In this document: positions 48,184 through 57,110 of the stretch, one piece after another
Numbering within the stretch: the stretch's first letter is position 1
Layout: each line of letters opens with the position of its first letter
From: Candidatus Omnitrophota bacterium
Lineage (GTDB): Bacteria; Omnitrophota; Gorgyraeia; Aquiviventales; Aquiviventaceae
NCBI GenBank assembly: GCA_016190215.1
Contig: JACPRA010000024.1
Location: forward strand, 1 to 58,503
Direction of reading: 5' to 3'
Length of the DNA stretch: 58,503 nt
The notes under the pieces: model-generated
Database searches by the model: none
The model's input: the letters and a program-made list of their open reading frames with translations, nothing else
Told to the model about the DNA's origin: nothing
Made by a program: the position numbers and the translations under genes

Positions 48184-49016
48184 TGGGTCGTCACCTCGCC
48201 CCGCCCCAGCGCGGAGAGGCTGCTGTTGTACGCGCGCATTTCTTCCACAGACACCCGATTGCTTCCCGTCGCATCAAAGGTGGCGCGGATATAGCGGTGG
48301 GCCGCCGCGGTGAAGGTCGCCGTCCAGGTCTTGCCGGGATCTTCCAGCACCTGCGATCCGCTCGCAATGGTTGTCCACGTCGAATTATCGTCGGACCACT
48401 CCAGGGTCACGCCGTTATCGGCGACGTTCGCGTTTTCCCGGATGACGATTCTATTCAGGGTGGGGGGCGAGCCCCCAAAATTCATCTTCAGCCATTGCCC
48501 GTCCCCGGTGGTGCTGGCCCGCCAGAATGAGCCGGTGCTGTCGTCGTTGGCGTCGCTGGCCGGGTGATCGGCCTGCTCCGTGGACGCGCTGGCGGTCGCG
48601 GAGAGGGCCTGGTTGGTGCCGTTGGAGACCGTCACGTCGAGCTGCTCCTCCGTGATCTCCCGCTTCGCCGCCGGCGTGGATTGGTTCGGCACATAGGCCG
48701 CCGAGGTGATCGTATATTCATCGCCTCCTTCATCCACGATCGTCACGACATACTCCCCCGCCCCGAACGATTCCGTGTAGCTGTTGCCGGGCGAGGCCGC
48801 CGCCAGCCAGGTGCCGGCCATCACGGCCTGGCGGGCCCGCTGCCACCCGGCGACGGCCACGTAATACGCCTGGCGGTCCAACAGCGCGGCTTTGCCCATC
48901 ACCATGCTGTTGTGCGCCCAGGTCCCCACGGCGAGGGCCAGCCCCGCCAGCACCAGCATCAGCAGGAAAACCAGCAACAGCGCCATGCCCCGTTGCGAAT
49001 GGCCGGGCCGGCGCAT
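48177..49016 (-). CDS. PilX-like minor pilin with C-terminal discoidin (F5/8 type C) domain
   Basis: QRGMALLLV prepilin; NQALSATASAS..ANDDSTGSFW..QWLKMNF..WSDDNSTW..HRYIR. Confidence 0.75.
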   Translation of the reverse strand: MRRPGHSQRGMALLLVFLLMLVLAGLALAVGTWAHNSMVMGKAALLDRQAYYVAVAGWQRARQAVMAGTWLAAASPGNSYTESFGAGEYVVTIVDEGGDEYTITSAAYVPNQSTPAAKREITEEQLDVTVSNGTNQALSATASASTEQADHPASDANDDSTGSFWRASTTGDGQWLKMNFGGSPPTLNRIVIRENANVADNGVTLEWSDDNSTWTTIASGSQVLEDPGKTWTATFTAAAHRYIRATFDATGSNRVSVEEMRAYNSSLSALGRGEVTTQW

Positions 49017-49021
49017 TAACG

Positions 49022-49570
49022 TTAATACACCACCGGACAGGCGTCGTCACCCTCGCCGACCAGATTGCGAGTGAACACGGCCGCCGGCATGGAGACGCTC
49101 TCGGTCAATTTGGCGACCGTCGCCGTCACTTGGATGACGCGGATGGAATCTTCTTCCTCACTGCCGGAGACCGTGCCGGTGGTCGTCGTGCCGAAGCAGT
49201 CTACGTAATCGAAATCGAACGCGGTCACGTTGCGCAGGATGGTCCGCTGCGACGAATCGGCGTCATCGCGGGTCAGGACGTCGGCGGCGGCGTCGTATTC
49301 ATACTCCACGTTGTTGACGGCCGGCGTATCGAATTGCACGTGGTCGGTCTCCGCGACGTCCATGTTATCGGCAACGCCGGCATCTCGGATCACCCACTCC
49401 AACACGTGGGCCAATTGCTGCCGGATCTCCTCGCGCGTATTGACGGCGGCCGCCAGGCGCAGGCTCGAAATCACCGGGTCATACGCGCCGGCGATCAGCA
49501 GGCCCAGGACCACCATGGCCACCATCAGCTCGACCAGCGAAAACCCCTGGGTCCGCCGGGATCGGCTCAC
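49022..49570 (-). CDS. Minor pilin (PilW/GspJ-like)
   Basis: QGFSLVELMVAMVVLGLL N-methylation motif; GTGA overlap with the upstream gene. Confidence 0.8.
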   Translation of the reverse strand: MSRSRRTQGFSLVELMVAMVVLGLLIAGAYDPVISSLRLAAAVNTREEIRQQLAHVLEWVIRDAGVADNMDVAETDHVQFDTPAVNNVEYEYDAAADVLTRDDADSSQRTILRNVTAFDFDYVDCFGTTTTGTVSGSEEEDSIRVIQVTATVAKLTESVSMPAAVFTRNLVGEGDDACPVVY

Positions 49571-49929
49571 AGGTTCGACCGGTAGGTCCGCAGGCTGATG
49601 CTGGCATCGCCGCCGGAAGCCGGCCACGACACCGTGATCAGCACCTGCTTGAGGTTGGTGTACGGGGTGGTGACGGTCACCTGCCGGCTGAAGCGCGTGT
49701 ACCCGCTGGGGCTGCTGATGGAGGCGTTGGATTCGTCGGCCAGGCTGGCGTACGCGATGTTGCGCAATTGCTCCATCCGCCATTCGGCCAAATGGGTGGC
49801 CAGCAGCACGTTTTCACCTTGGGCGGCGGCAACTTGCGCGCGGTGCAGCAACTCGACAGCCCCCACCGTCCCTACAGCAAAAAGGACAAGCGCGATCATC
49901 AGCTCGAGGAGCGTGACTCCCCGGCGCAT
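49567..49929 (-). CDS. Minor pilin (PilV/GspI-like)
   Basis: RRGVTLLELMIALVLFAVG. Confidence 0.82.
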   Translation of the reverse strand: MRRGVTLLELMIALVLFAVGTVGAVELLHRAQVAAAQGENVLLATHLAEWRMEQLRNIAYASLADESNASISSPSGYTRFSRQVTVTTPYTNLKQVLITVSWPASGGDASISLRTYRSNL

Positions 49930-49933
49930 GAGG

Positions 49934-50374
49934 CTAAAACGTCCCGGTGCCGTTCGTCACGAAGATGTCGTCGTCGCTCGTGCCGGCCAGCGTCCCGTCC
50001 GTGTCGGCGCCGGTGATGTCGGCGGCGCGGTCCCGGCCGTAGGACCAGACCACATAGTAGACGCCGTTCGTGTCCTTGGCATAGCCGTAGTCGTTGCTGC
50101 CGGAGCGGAAGGGGTCGTCCGGCACCACGCTGATGATGCGCGGGGTCGCCGTGATCAGGGTGGTCAGGCTGGTCGGCAGCGTGTTGCTGTTATGGATGTA
50201 GTAGGACTCGATGGCGGTGGCCACCGTCCGCAGGTCCGCCCGCGCGCGGTTCTCGGCGGCCTCGTCTTGCGCGCCGCGGAAATGCGGCAAGAGCACGCCG
50301 ATCAGGGTGGCGATCACCACCATGACGATCATCATTTCAATCAAGGTAAAACCCCGACGGCGTCGCATCATCAC
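49934..50374 (-). CDS. Major pilin / GspG-like pseudopilin
   Basis: RRGFTLIEMMIVMVVIATL..P; DPF..YY..WSYGRD; strong AGGAGG RBS. Confidence 0.85.
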   Translation of the reverse strand: MMMRRRRGFTLIEMMIVMVVIATLIGVLLPHFRGAQDEAAENRARADLRTVATAIESYYIHNSNTLPTSLTTLITATPRIISVVPDDPFRSGSNDYGYAKDTNGVYYVVWSYGRDRAADITGADTDGTLAGTSDDDIFVTNGTGTF

Positions 50375-50415
50375 GCTCTCCTCCTCACAAAGAAGCCGTA
50401 AAATAAAGTGGGGCT

Positions 50416-50444
50416 AGTATCGCATACCGGCGGCGGGGCGACAA
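50416..50444 (-). promoter_or_regulatory. Internal sigma70-like promoter for the pilin genes
   Basis: TTGTCG, 17 nt, GATACT (extended TGn) upstream of the major pilin. Confidence 0.5.
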
Positions 50445-50449
50445 CTCCC

Positions 50450-51664
50450 TCATCGCACCACGTTCACCATCCCGAACAGCGGCAGCAGGATGCTGGCCAT
50501 GATGAACGCCACCATGCCGCCCATGAAGATGAGGAACACCGGCTCCACGAACGCCATCGCCCGTTTGATGCCGTGCATCACCAGCTCGTCATAATGCTCC
50601 GCGATCTGGGCCAGCATGTGGTCCAGCGTGCCGGACGCCTCTCCCACCGCGATCATCTGGACGACCATCGGCGGAAATTCCTTGCTGACCCGCAGCGGAT
50701 CCGCCAAGCTCCCGCCCTGCCGCACGCTGGTTTGAACGTTCTGCACGACGTCGCCGATGAGGACGTTGCCGCAGGCCTCCTGCACGATTGCCAGCGACTC
50801 CAGAATCGGCACCCCGCTCGACAAGAGGGTCTCCAGCACCCGGGCGAAGCGCGCCAGCGCCACCTTGCGCGCCAGCGGGCCGATGACCGGCAGGCGCAGG
50901 ATCAGTGTGTCGTACTGGCGCCGGCCCGGCGGGGTCTGCGCGTAGGCGCGCAGCGCCCAGATCACCCCCGCCGCGCCCCCGATCACCGCCGGCCACCACT
51001 GGCGCAGAAACTGGCTCACCTGATAGAGCACTTTGGTCGGCAGCGGCAGCGGGACCTCCGCCTCTAGAAAAATCTGCATGAACTTCGGGATCACCCCGCC
51101 TACCAGCACGCCGGCCACGACCACGCTCACCGCCAGCAAGAAGGCGGGATACGTGAGGGCGGTCTGCAGTTGGCGCCGGATGTCGGCCTGGCGCCGGGTG
51201 AATTCGGAGAGCCGGCGCAGCACTTCATCCAGCTTGCCGGAGGCTTCCCCCGCGCGCACCATGTTGATGAAAATTGTGGAGAAGATGCGGCGGTGCCGCG
51301 TCAGCGCCTCGGAAAATCCCAGGCCGCCTTCGACGCTGCGCGCCACGTCTTGCACGGCGCGGCGCAGCCCCGGCGCTTCGGTTTGCTGGACGAGCGTATC
51401 CAGCGCCGTCACCAGCGGAATGCCCACCTGGATCATCTTGGAGAGCTGCACGTTGAAGAGCACCAGGTCGTCATACCGCACCCGGCCGCCGCCCCGCGGC
51501 GCTCCAGCCGCAGCGGCGGCACCCGGGGGCAGCTCCCGCGCCTGGGTCACCAGGTAGCCCATGCGCTTGAGCTGGTCGGCCAGCGCCTCGTGCGTGGGGG
51601 CGGCCAGCGTGCCGGTGACAGACTTTCCCCGCTCATCGCGAGCAGTGTATCGATAGTTTGGCAT
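50450..51664 (-). CDS. pilC: PilC/GspF inner-membrane platform protein
   Basis: MPNYRYTARD..G, MVRAGEASGKLD, ALTYP, MIAVGEASGTLD, FVEP. Confidence 0.92.
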   Translation of the reverse strand: MPNYRYTARDERGKSVTGTLAAPTHEALADQLKRMGYLVTQARELPPGAAAAAGAPRGGGRVRYDDLVLFNVQLSKMIQVGIPLVTALDTLVQQTEAPGLRRAVQDVARSVEGGLGFSEALTRHRRIFSTIFINMVRAGEASGKLDEVLRRLSEFTRRQADIRRQLQTALTYPAFLLAVSVVVAGVLVGGVIPKFMQIFLEAEVPLPLPTKVLYQVSQFLRQWWPAVIGGAAGVIWALRAYAQTPPGRRQYDTLILRLPVIGPLARKVALARFARVLETLLSSGVPILESLAIVQEACGNVLIGDVVQNVQTSVRQGGSLADPLRVSKEFPPMVVQMIAVGEASGTLDHMLAQIAEHYDELVMHGIKRAMAFVEPVFLIFMGGMVAFIMASILLPLFGMVNVVR

Positions 51665-51671
51665 CGTCTTC

Positions 51672-52126
51672 GTCGCTCGTCGCTGGTTGCTTGTTGCTAG
51701 CACTACAGGGAGCTATTTGAGACAACGAATCAAGTTTGTGAGCATTTTGGATTCGTGCTGAATCAACTCTAAGAGGGTTTCCTTTGTGATCTCCTCCACA
51801 TACCCTAACGCACATGCGATCTCACACTGGGTTTCGAGTTCCGCACAGGAGCCTAAAGCCACGTAGAGCAGTTGCCGATACTCCTTGTTGTGTCTTCGGT
51901 TAAACCCTTCTGCAATATTCGAGGGAATGGACACCGCCGCCCGGCGCATCTGACCGGCCAGTCCGTACTCCTCACGTCTCGGGAATAATTCGGTCATCTC
52001 GTAGATTTTTCGGACAATCTCCATTCCATTCCTCCAGACATCCAAGTCCCGGAAGTCCTTGATCATCCTTGGCATCGCCTATCCTGTTCACCATCCACTA
52101 GCAACGAGCAACCAGCGACGAGCGAC
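51672..52126. mobile_element. Four-helix-bundle cassette bounded by 29-bp inverted repeats
   Basis: Arms 51672-51700 and 52098-52126 match at 28/29; interior is markedly lower in GC than the flanks. Confidence 0.6.
51713..52075 (-). CDS. Four helix bundle protein (23S rRNA IVS protein / bAvd-like family)
   Basis: FRDLDVW..FPRREEYGLAGQMRRAAVSIPSNIAEG..ALGSCAELETQ. Confidence 0.92.
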   Translation of the reverse strand: MPRMIKDFRDLDVWRNGMEIVRKIYEMTELFPRREEYGLAGQMRRAAVSIPSNIAEGFNRRHNKEYRQLLYVALGSCAELETQCEIACALGYVEEITKETLLELIQHESKMLTNLIRCLK

Positions 52127-52131
52127 TGCAT

Positions 52132-53793
52132 CTATTCTAATTGAGTGACGCGCAGCACTTCTTCCAAGGTGGTGACCCCGGCGCGCACTTTGGCCAGGCC
52201 GTCTTCGCGCAGGGTCCGCATGCCGCCGCGCCTGGCCGCCTCGCGGATGACATAGGCCGGCTGCTTGGCCACAATGGCGTTCTTGATCTCCTCGGTCACC
52301 CGCAGCAGCTCGAAGATGCCGATCCGGCCTTTGTAGCCGGTCTGGTGGCAGGCCGCGCATCCCGTGCCCCGCGAGAGCTTGGTCGCCCCGTCCAGCGGCG
52401 TGTCCCGCAGCACGTGGGAGGCCGGCTGGTAGGTTTCTTTGCATTTGGAGCAGATCACGCGCACCAAGCGCTGCGCGATGATCCCGGCCACGGAGGAGGC
52501 CACCAGGAACGATTCGAGGCCCATGTCGAGCAGCCGCGCGATCGCGCCGGGCGCGTCATTCGTGTGCAGGGTGGAAAAAATCAAATGGCCGGTTAAGGCG
52601 GCCTGGATGGCCACCTCCGCCGTCTCCCGGTCGCGGATCTCGCCCACCATGATGACGTCCGGGTCCTGCCGCAGGAACGAGCGCAGCGAGGAGGCGAAGG
52701 TCATATCCGCTTTCGGGTTGACCTGCACCTGGTTGACGCCGGGCAGCTGGTATTCCACCGGGTCTTCAATGGTGAGAATGTTGCGCGCGGGATCGTTGAT
52801 CAGATTCAGGGCGGCGTACAACGTGGTCGTTTTACCGGAGCCGGTGGGCCCGGTCACCAGCAGGATGCCGTGGGGCAGATGGATGAGCTGCTCCACCTGG
52901 GCCTGCAGCGCCGGGTCCAGCCCCAGCTGGGGCAGCGACAGCAGCATCTGCGAGGCGTTCAAGAGCCGCAGCACCACGGTTTCGCCGAACTGCGTGGGGA
53001 CGGTGGACACGCGCAGGTCCACCTCGTGCCCTTCCATCTTCAGGCGGAACCGCCCGTCCTGTGATTTGCGCTTTTCGGCGATGTCCAGCTTCGAGAGCAC
53101 TTTGATGCGCGAGACGATGGCGGAATGCAGCGGCAGCGGCGGGCCCTTCACTTCGCGCAGGATGCCGTCCACCCGGAAGCGCGTCCGCAGCACGCCGTCG
53201 CCGGGCTCCAGGTGAATGTCGCTCGCCTGGTCCCGCACCGCCTGCAGGATGAGCTGGTTCACCAGCCGGATCACCGGCGCATCCTCGGCCAGCGCCTCTT
53301 CCGCTTTAGGCAGGGCGGCTTCGTTGATGGCATGCGCGGCTTCCTCCACCCCCCGCGCGCCGTAATACTGGTCAATGGCCTGCCGGATGCCGGTGGCGGT
53401 GCTCAGCACGGTTTTCACGGCGCACTTGGTTCGCAACCGCAGTTCATCCAGCGCAAAGAAATTGAGCGGGTCGTCCATCGCCACGGTGAGCGTGTCGCCG
53501 ATCTTGAACACCGGCACGAGGGTGTGCTTGCGCGCCAAGGCTTCGGGCACGAGCTGCACGATTTCCGGGCGGATCAAATAGGTGGAGAGATCAATCGTGG
53601 TCATGCCCAGCTGCTCAGCCAACAGGTTGGTCAAATCCTGCTCGCTGATCACCCCTTGCTGGATGATGGCCTGCTTCAGGGAGATGCTGGATTTGGTGGC
53701 CTGTGCTTGGGCGGCTTGCACCTGGGCTGGCGTCAAGATGCCCTGGGACACCAGCAGCTCAGGCAACGGTTTCGCGCTTCGAATGAGGGCCAT
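52132..53793 (-). CDS. pilB: PilB/GspE assembly ATPase
   Basis: ASDIHLEP, QDGRF, GPTGSGKTTTLY, TIEDPVE, LRQDPDVIMVGEIRD, zinc-binding CxxC pairs. Confidence 0.93.
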   Translation of the reverse strand: MALIRSAKPLPELLVSQGILTPAQVQAAQAQATKSSISLKQAIIQQGVISEQDLTNLLAEQLGMTTIDLSTYLIRPEIVQLVPEALARKHTLVPVFKIGDTLTVAMDDPLNFFALDELRLRTKCAVKTVLSTATGIRQAIDQYYGARGVEEAAHAINEAALPKAEEALAEDAPVIRLVNQLILQAVRDQASDIHLEPGDGVLRTRFRVDGILREVKGPPLPLHSAIVSRIKVLSKLDIAEKRKSQDGRFRLKMEGHEVDLRVSTVPTQFGETVVLRLLNASQMLLSLPQLGLDPALQAQVEQLIHLPHGILLVTGPTGSGKTTTLYAALNLINDPARNILTIEDPVEYQLPGVNQVQVNPKADMTFASSLRSFLRQDPDVIMVGEIRDRETAEVAIQAALTGHLIFSTLHTNDAPGAIARLLDMGLESFLVASSVAGIIAQRLVRVICSKCKETYQPASHVLRDTPLDGATKLSRGTGCAACHQTGYKGRIGIFELLRVTEEIKNAIVAKQPAYVIREAARRGGMRTLREDGLAKVRAGVTTLEEVLRVTQLE

Positions 53794-53984
53794 TAGTGAG
53801 TCGGCTTCATCTGTTGGGCGACCCAGGAGTCCAGAATTGTCGGGCTAAATCGCCATTGGGAACCTACCTTAAACCCAGGCAGTATACCACGTTGCGCCAA
53901 CCGGTAGATGGTGGTCGAGTTGACGCGGAACCGCTGCGCGACTTCCTCGACAGACAGATAGGACGCGAAGTTTCGAGAGCGCAT
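53793..53984 (-). CDS. Excisionase-like (HTH_17) DNA-binding protein heading the pilus operon
   Basis: YLSVEEVAQRFRVNSTTIYRLAQRGILPGFKVGSQWRF; TAATG overlap with pilB. Confidence 0.85.
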   Translation of the reverse strand: MRSRNFASYLSVEEVAQRFRVNSTTIYRLAQRGILPGFKVGSQWRFSPTILDSWVAQQMKPTH

Positions 53985-53993
53985 GATACCTAA

Positions 53994-54023
53994 ACTATGC
54001 CTGATTTTCATGAAACGTGTCAA
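53994..54023 (-). promoter_or_regulatory. Pilus operon promoter with a palindrome in the spacer
   Basis: TTGACA, 18 nt, CATAGT; TTTCATGAAA at 54006-54015. Confidence 0.6.
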
Positions 54024-54119
54024 GGAAACCTAACGTCTGATAGCGCTGGCGAAGCCTGGCGAAGCGGCGCGGCTGGAGGTGAACTGCGCGGGATTCGGAA
54101 CCGGAAGAACGCGGAAGGC

Positions 54120-55466
54120 TTACGGGCGCAACGCGGCCGGATCGGACGCCAACTGCCCCAGGTGCTGGCGGCAGGCGACGCGCAGCTCGCGGCAGCGAAG
54201 CTCTTCGCACCACGGCACCGGCGCGGCATCGGGCCATTCATCCAAGACGGTCAAGGCTTGCCGCAACTGCTGCTGCGCCTGGGCCGCCTCCCCGCCATCC
54301 AGGTGCACGATGGCCAAGGCCAAGTAGACCAGCGGCTGCAACGGCTCCAAATAGCGGGCCCGCTCAAACGCGTGCAAGGCGGCGGGGCGCCGGCCGGTCT
54401 TGTGGTAGAGCAAGCCCAGCAGGTAGTGCGCGTTAGCGGATAAGGCGTCCGTTCGCACGATGTCCTGTAGCAGGCGGATGGCTTCTTCATGGCGCCCGGC
54501 ATCCGCCAGGCTCGAGGCGAGTCCGCACTGCGCCGCGGCATCCTGCCGGCGCGGTTCTTGGGCCGTCGGGAGCAGGCTGAGGGACGGCCGCGCGGCCCGG
54601 AGTCCGGCCGGGGCCGCGGAGGCCTTGCGATACACGACCGCCTCGGGAAACACCACCGGGGCAAACGCCGTAGACACGCCCCAGAGCGTCTCCGCGTGGC
54701 CGAGAAAGAGATAGCCCCCCTCCCCCAGCGCCTGGGCGAACTGCGCGATGATGCGCGCGGTCGCCGCCGGCGTGAAATAGATCGTCACATTGCGGCACCA
54801 GAGGAGGTGGACGTCCCGCATGTCCGGGAGGCCAAACGGATCGCGGGCCAGGTTGTGGGGCGCAAACCGCACGAGGCGCTTCACGCGGTCGCGCACGCGA
54901 TAGCCGTCCTGCTCGCTCAGGAAATATCGCTCGCGCCACGCCGCCGGCACGCCCCGCAGCGAGCGCGCGGGATACCATCCGCGCTCCGCGCGCGCCAGGC
55001 TGCCGCGATGCAGATCGGTCGCCAAGATCGTCACGGCCCAGGTCTCAGGCTGCGGCAGCGATTCCAACAGCGCCATGGCGATGGAGTAGGGCTCTTCCCC
55101 GGTGGAACAGCCAGCGGACCAGACCGCCAGGCGCCGGTCCGCCCCGCGCGCCTTCACGAGGTCGGGAATGAGGTGGCGAGTCAGCACGTCAAATTGCGCG
55201 CGGTAGCGAAACCACTGGGTCTCGCCGACGGTGACTTCCTGGAGCAGTGCTCGGATCTCCGCGCGCCCCTCCGGGGCGTCGGTCAGCAGGCGCGCATAGT
55301 CATCCACCGCGCTGAGCCGGCGCGCGTCCATCCGGGCGGCCAGGCCGGCGTGTAATACACTCTGCCGGGCGGGGTCCAAGGCCAACCCGCCTTCCCGTTC
55401 CAAGAGCAGGCGGAACCGCTCAAACTCCGCGCGGGTCACGTGTAAACGACTCGAGGAAGAGATCAT
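54120..55466 (-). CDS. cheR: CheR methyltransferase with C-terminal TPR
   Basis: TVGETQWFR, WSAGCSTGEEPYSIAM, CRNVTIYF, LFLGHAE; TPR tail. Confidence 0.9.
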   Translation of the reverse strand: MISSSSRLHVTRAEFERFRLLLEREGGLALDPARQSVLHAGLAARMDARRLSAVDDYARLLTDAPEGRAEIRALLQEVTVGETQWFRYRAQFDVLTRHLIPDLVKARGADRRLAVWSAGCSTGEEPYSIAMALLESLPQPETWAVTILATDLHRGSLARAERGWYPARSLRGVPAAWRERYFLSEQDGYRVRDRVKRLVRFAPHNLARDPFGLPDMRDVHLLWCRNVTIYFTPAATARIIAQFAQALGEGGYLFLGHAETLWGVSTAFAPVVFPEAVVYRKASAAPAGLRAARPSLSLLPTAQEPRRQDAAAQCGLASSLADAGRHEEAIRLLQDIVRTDALSANAHYLLGLLYHKTGRRPAALHAFERARYLEPLQPLVYLALAIVHLDGGEAAQAQQQLRQALTVLDEWPDAAPVPWCEELRCRELRVACRQHLGQLASDPAALRP

Positions 55467-55840
55467 GCCTTTTCGGCTCCCTCCAGGAGCTTCTTGGCGG
55501 TTTCGAGGATCCGGGACGGGTCGGCATCCTTGGTGCAATACTCGTCCGCCCCGGTCTGCTTGCTCAACCCCCGGGATTCGGCGTCTGTGCGGCCGGTGAG
55601 CATCAGCACTTTCGTGGCGCGAAACCGCTCGTCCCCCTTCAACATCTGGCAGACCTCAAACCCGTTCATTTTGGGCAGCATCAGGTCCAGGATCAGCAAA
55701 TCGGGGCGCGCTTTCCGGGCCAGGTTCAGCGCGGAGAGCCCGTCGCCGGCCGTCAGCACCTCGTGCCCTTCCGACTGGAAGAGCTGGGTGAACACGGTCG
55801 TAATGGTGGGGCTGTCGTCCACGATCAAGATTTTTGCCAT
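55463..55840 (-). CDS. Single-domain response regulator
   Basis: KILIVDD, LILDLMLPKMNGFEVC, LMLTG. Confidence 0.9.
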   Translation of the reverse strand: MAKILIVDDSPTITTVFTQLFQSEGHEVLTAGDGLSALNLARKARPDLLILDLMLPKMNGFEVCQMLKGDERFRATKVLMLTGRTDAESRGLSKQTGADEYCTKDADPSRILETAKKLLEGAEKA

Positions 55841-56646
55841 CAGGCCGCCGGACCTCGTAAGCCGCGCAGGGCCGCCTGGAGCTGTTGCAGCAGCTCCTGC
55901 GGCTCTTCGGATTTCGACACGTAAGACACCGCGCCCGCCTCAAACGCCCACAACTGGTCAATGGGCCGGTCCCGGTTGGACAGCATGACCACCGGGATGT
56001 GCTGGGTGGCCGGGTTTTGGCGCAACCGCAGGCACACTTGATAGCCGTCCAATTTCGGCAGCACGATATCGAGCAAGATCAGGTTCGGCCGGGCCTGCTC
56101 GGCCAGCTGCAAGGCGGTTTCGCCGGTCGAGGCCGTCAGCACCCGGTAGCCCCGGTCGCTCAGCAGCCGCTCCACGCTGGCCAAAATAGCCGGGCTGTCG
56201 TCCACCAACAAAATGGTCGTCTGGGGCGGGCTGACCCCCGGCCCGGCCGGCGCGGCCTGGCCATCCGGCGCGGTCGCGCGCAGCGCTTCGGCCACGCGCT
56301 GGATCAGGTCGGATTCGCTGCGAGGCTTGGTGAGGTAGAACAAGGCGCCCGCGAGCTTGCCTTCCAGCTCATCGCGCTCCGTGCCCCGCTGGGTGAGCAT
56401 GATCACCGGGATCGCGCGGGTCGCTTCATCTTCTTTGAGCCGCAGGCACACTTCATAGCCGTTCATGCCCGGCAGCATCACGTCGAGGATAATGGCATCG
56501 GGATGCGCCCGGCGGGCCTGCTCCAACCCCGCTTCCCCGGTCGCGGCCGTCAGCACCTCGTAGCCTTGCGTTTCCAAGATGGAGGCCGCCCGCAGCAGCA
56601 CGGTCGGGCTGTCATCCACGACGAGGACGCGCGGCCGGGCCGTCAT
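55840..56646 (-). CDS. Tandem REC-REC response regulator
   Basis: Two complete receiver domains (VVDDSP..LDVMLP; LVDDSP..LDIVLP) and no output domain. Confidence 0.9.
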   Translation of the reverse strand: MTARPRVLVVDDSPTVLLRAASILETQGYEVLTAATGEAGLEQARRAHPDAIILDVMLPGMNGYEVCLRLKEDEATRAIPVIMLTQRGTERDELEGKLAGALFYLTKPRSESDLIQRVAEALRATAPDGQAAPAGPGVSPPQTTILLVDDSPAILASVERLLSDRGYRVLTASTGETALQLAEQARPNLILLDIVLPKLDGYQVCLRLRQNPATQHIPVVMLSNRDRPIDQLWAFEAGAVSYVSKSEEPQELLQQLQAALRGLRGPAA

Positions 56647-57110
56647 GACCGCGCTCCGGTGATGGCCGAATCGCCGGCGAGAACGGCGCCCAACGCCAGG
56701 CTGTCGAGCAGCAGGAGGATGCGCCCCTGCAGCGGCACCATGCCCTGCACCACGCCGGGCTCCATCATGCCCAGGCCGTCCCGGGGAGCGGGTTGCACGG
56801 CATCCTGCGCGATCGTGATGACCTCCTCGACGCTCTCGACGAGCCAGCCCACCTCTTGATGCGGCCAGCGGACGATCAAAATGCGCTCCGCCGGCCGGTC
56901 GGCATCGTGCGGGCAGTGTACTCCCAAGCAGGCGGCCAGATCAAGCACCGGCACGATGCGGCCGCGCCAGACGATCACGCCGGCCACCGAGCGCCCGGAC
57001 GAGGGCACCGGCCGCAGCGGCTGCGCGGCGAGCACTTCCCGCACCTGCTCCAACGGCAGGGCATACCGCTCGCCGCCCACCCCGAACACCACCATCTGGC
57101 GCGCGCTCAT
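56643..57110 (-). CDS. cheW: CheW adaptor
   Basis: VVFGVGGERYALPLEQVREV, GVIVWRGRIVPVLDL. Confidence 0.9.
   Translation of the reverse strand: MSARQMVVFGVGGERYALPLEQVREVLAAQPLRPVPSSGRSVAGVIVWRGRIVPVLDLAACLGVHCPHDADRPAERILIVRWPHQEVGWLVESVEEVITIAQDAVQPAPRDGLGMMEPGVVQGMVPLQGRILLLLDSLALGAVLAGDSAITGARS

Noticed and set aside
49934-50374. Electrically conductive e-pilin, given the nearby cytochrome cluster
   Set aside because: The mature protein is ~138 aa and GspG-like; it has aromatics at positions 1, 24, 50 and 51 but not at 27, 32 or 57
51713-52075. Diversity-generating retroelement (Avd-like gene)
   Set aside because: No reverse transcriptase or TR/VR repeat pair is in the window
53793-53984. 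Prophage or ICE excisionase
   Set aside because: No integrase, att site or phage genes are present, and the gene is coupled to pilB
54046-54065. Tandem CTGGCGAAGC repeat
   Set aside because: Only two 10-bp copies with no spacers; not a CRISPR array and not informative
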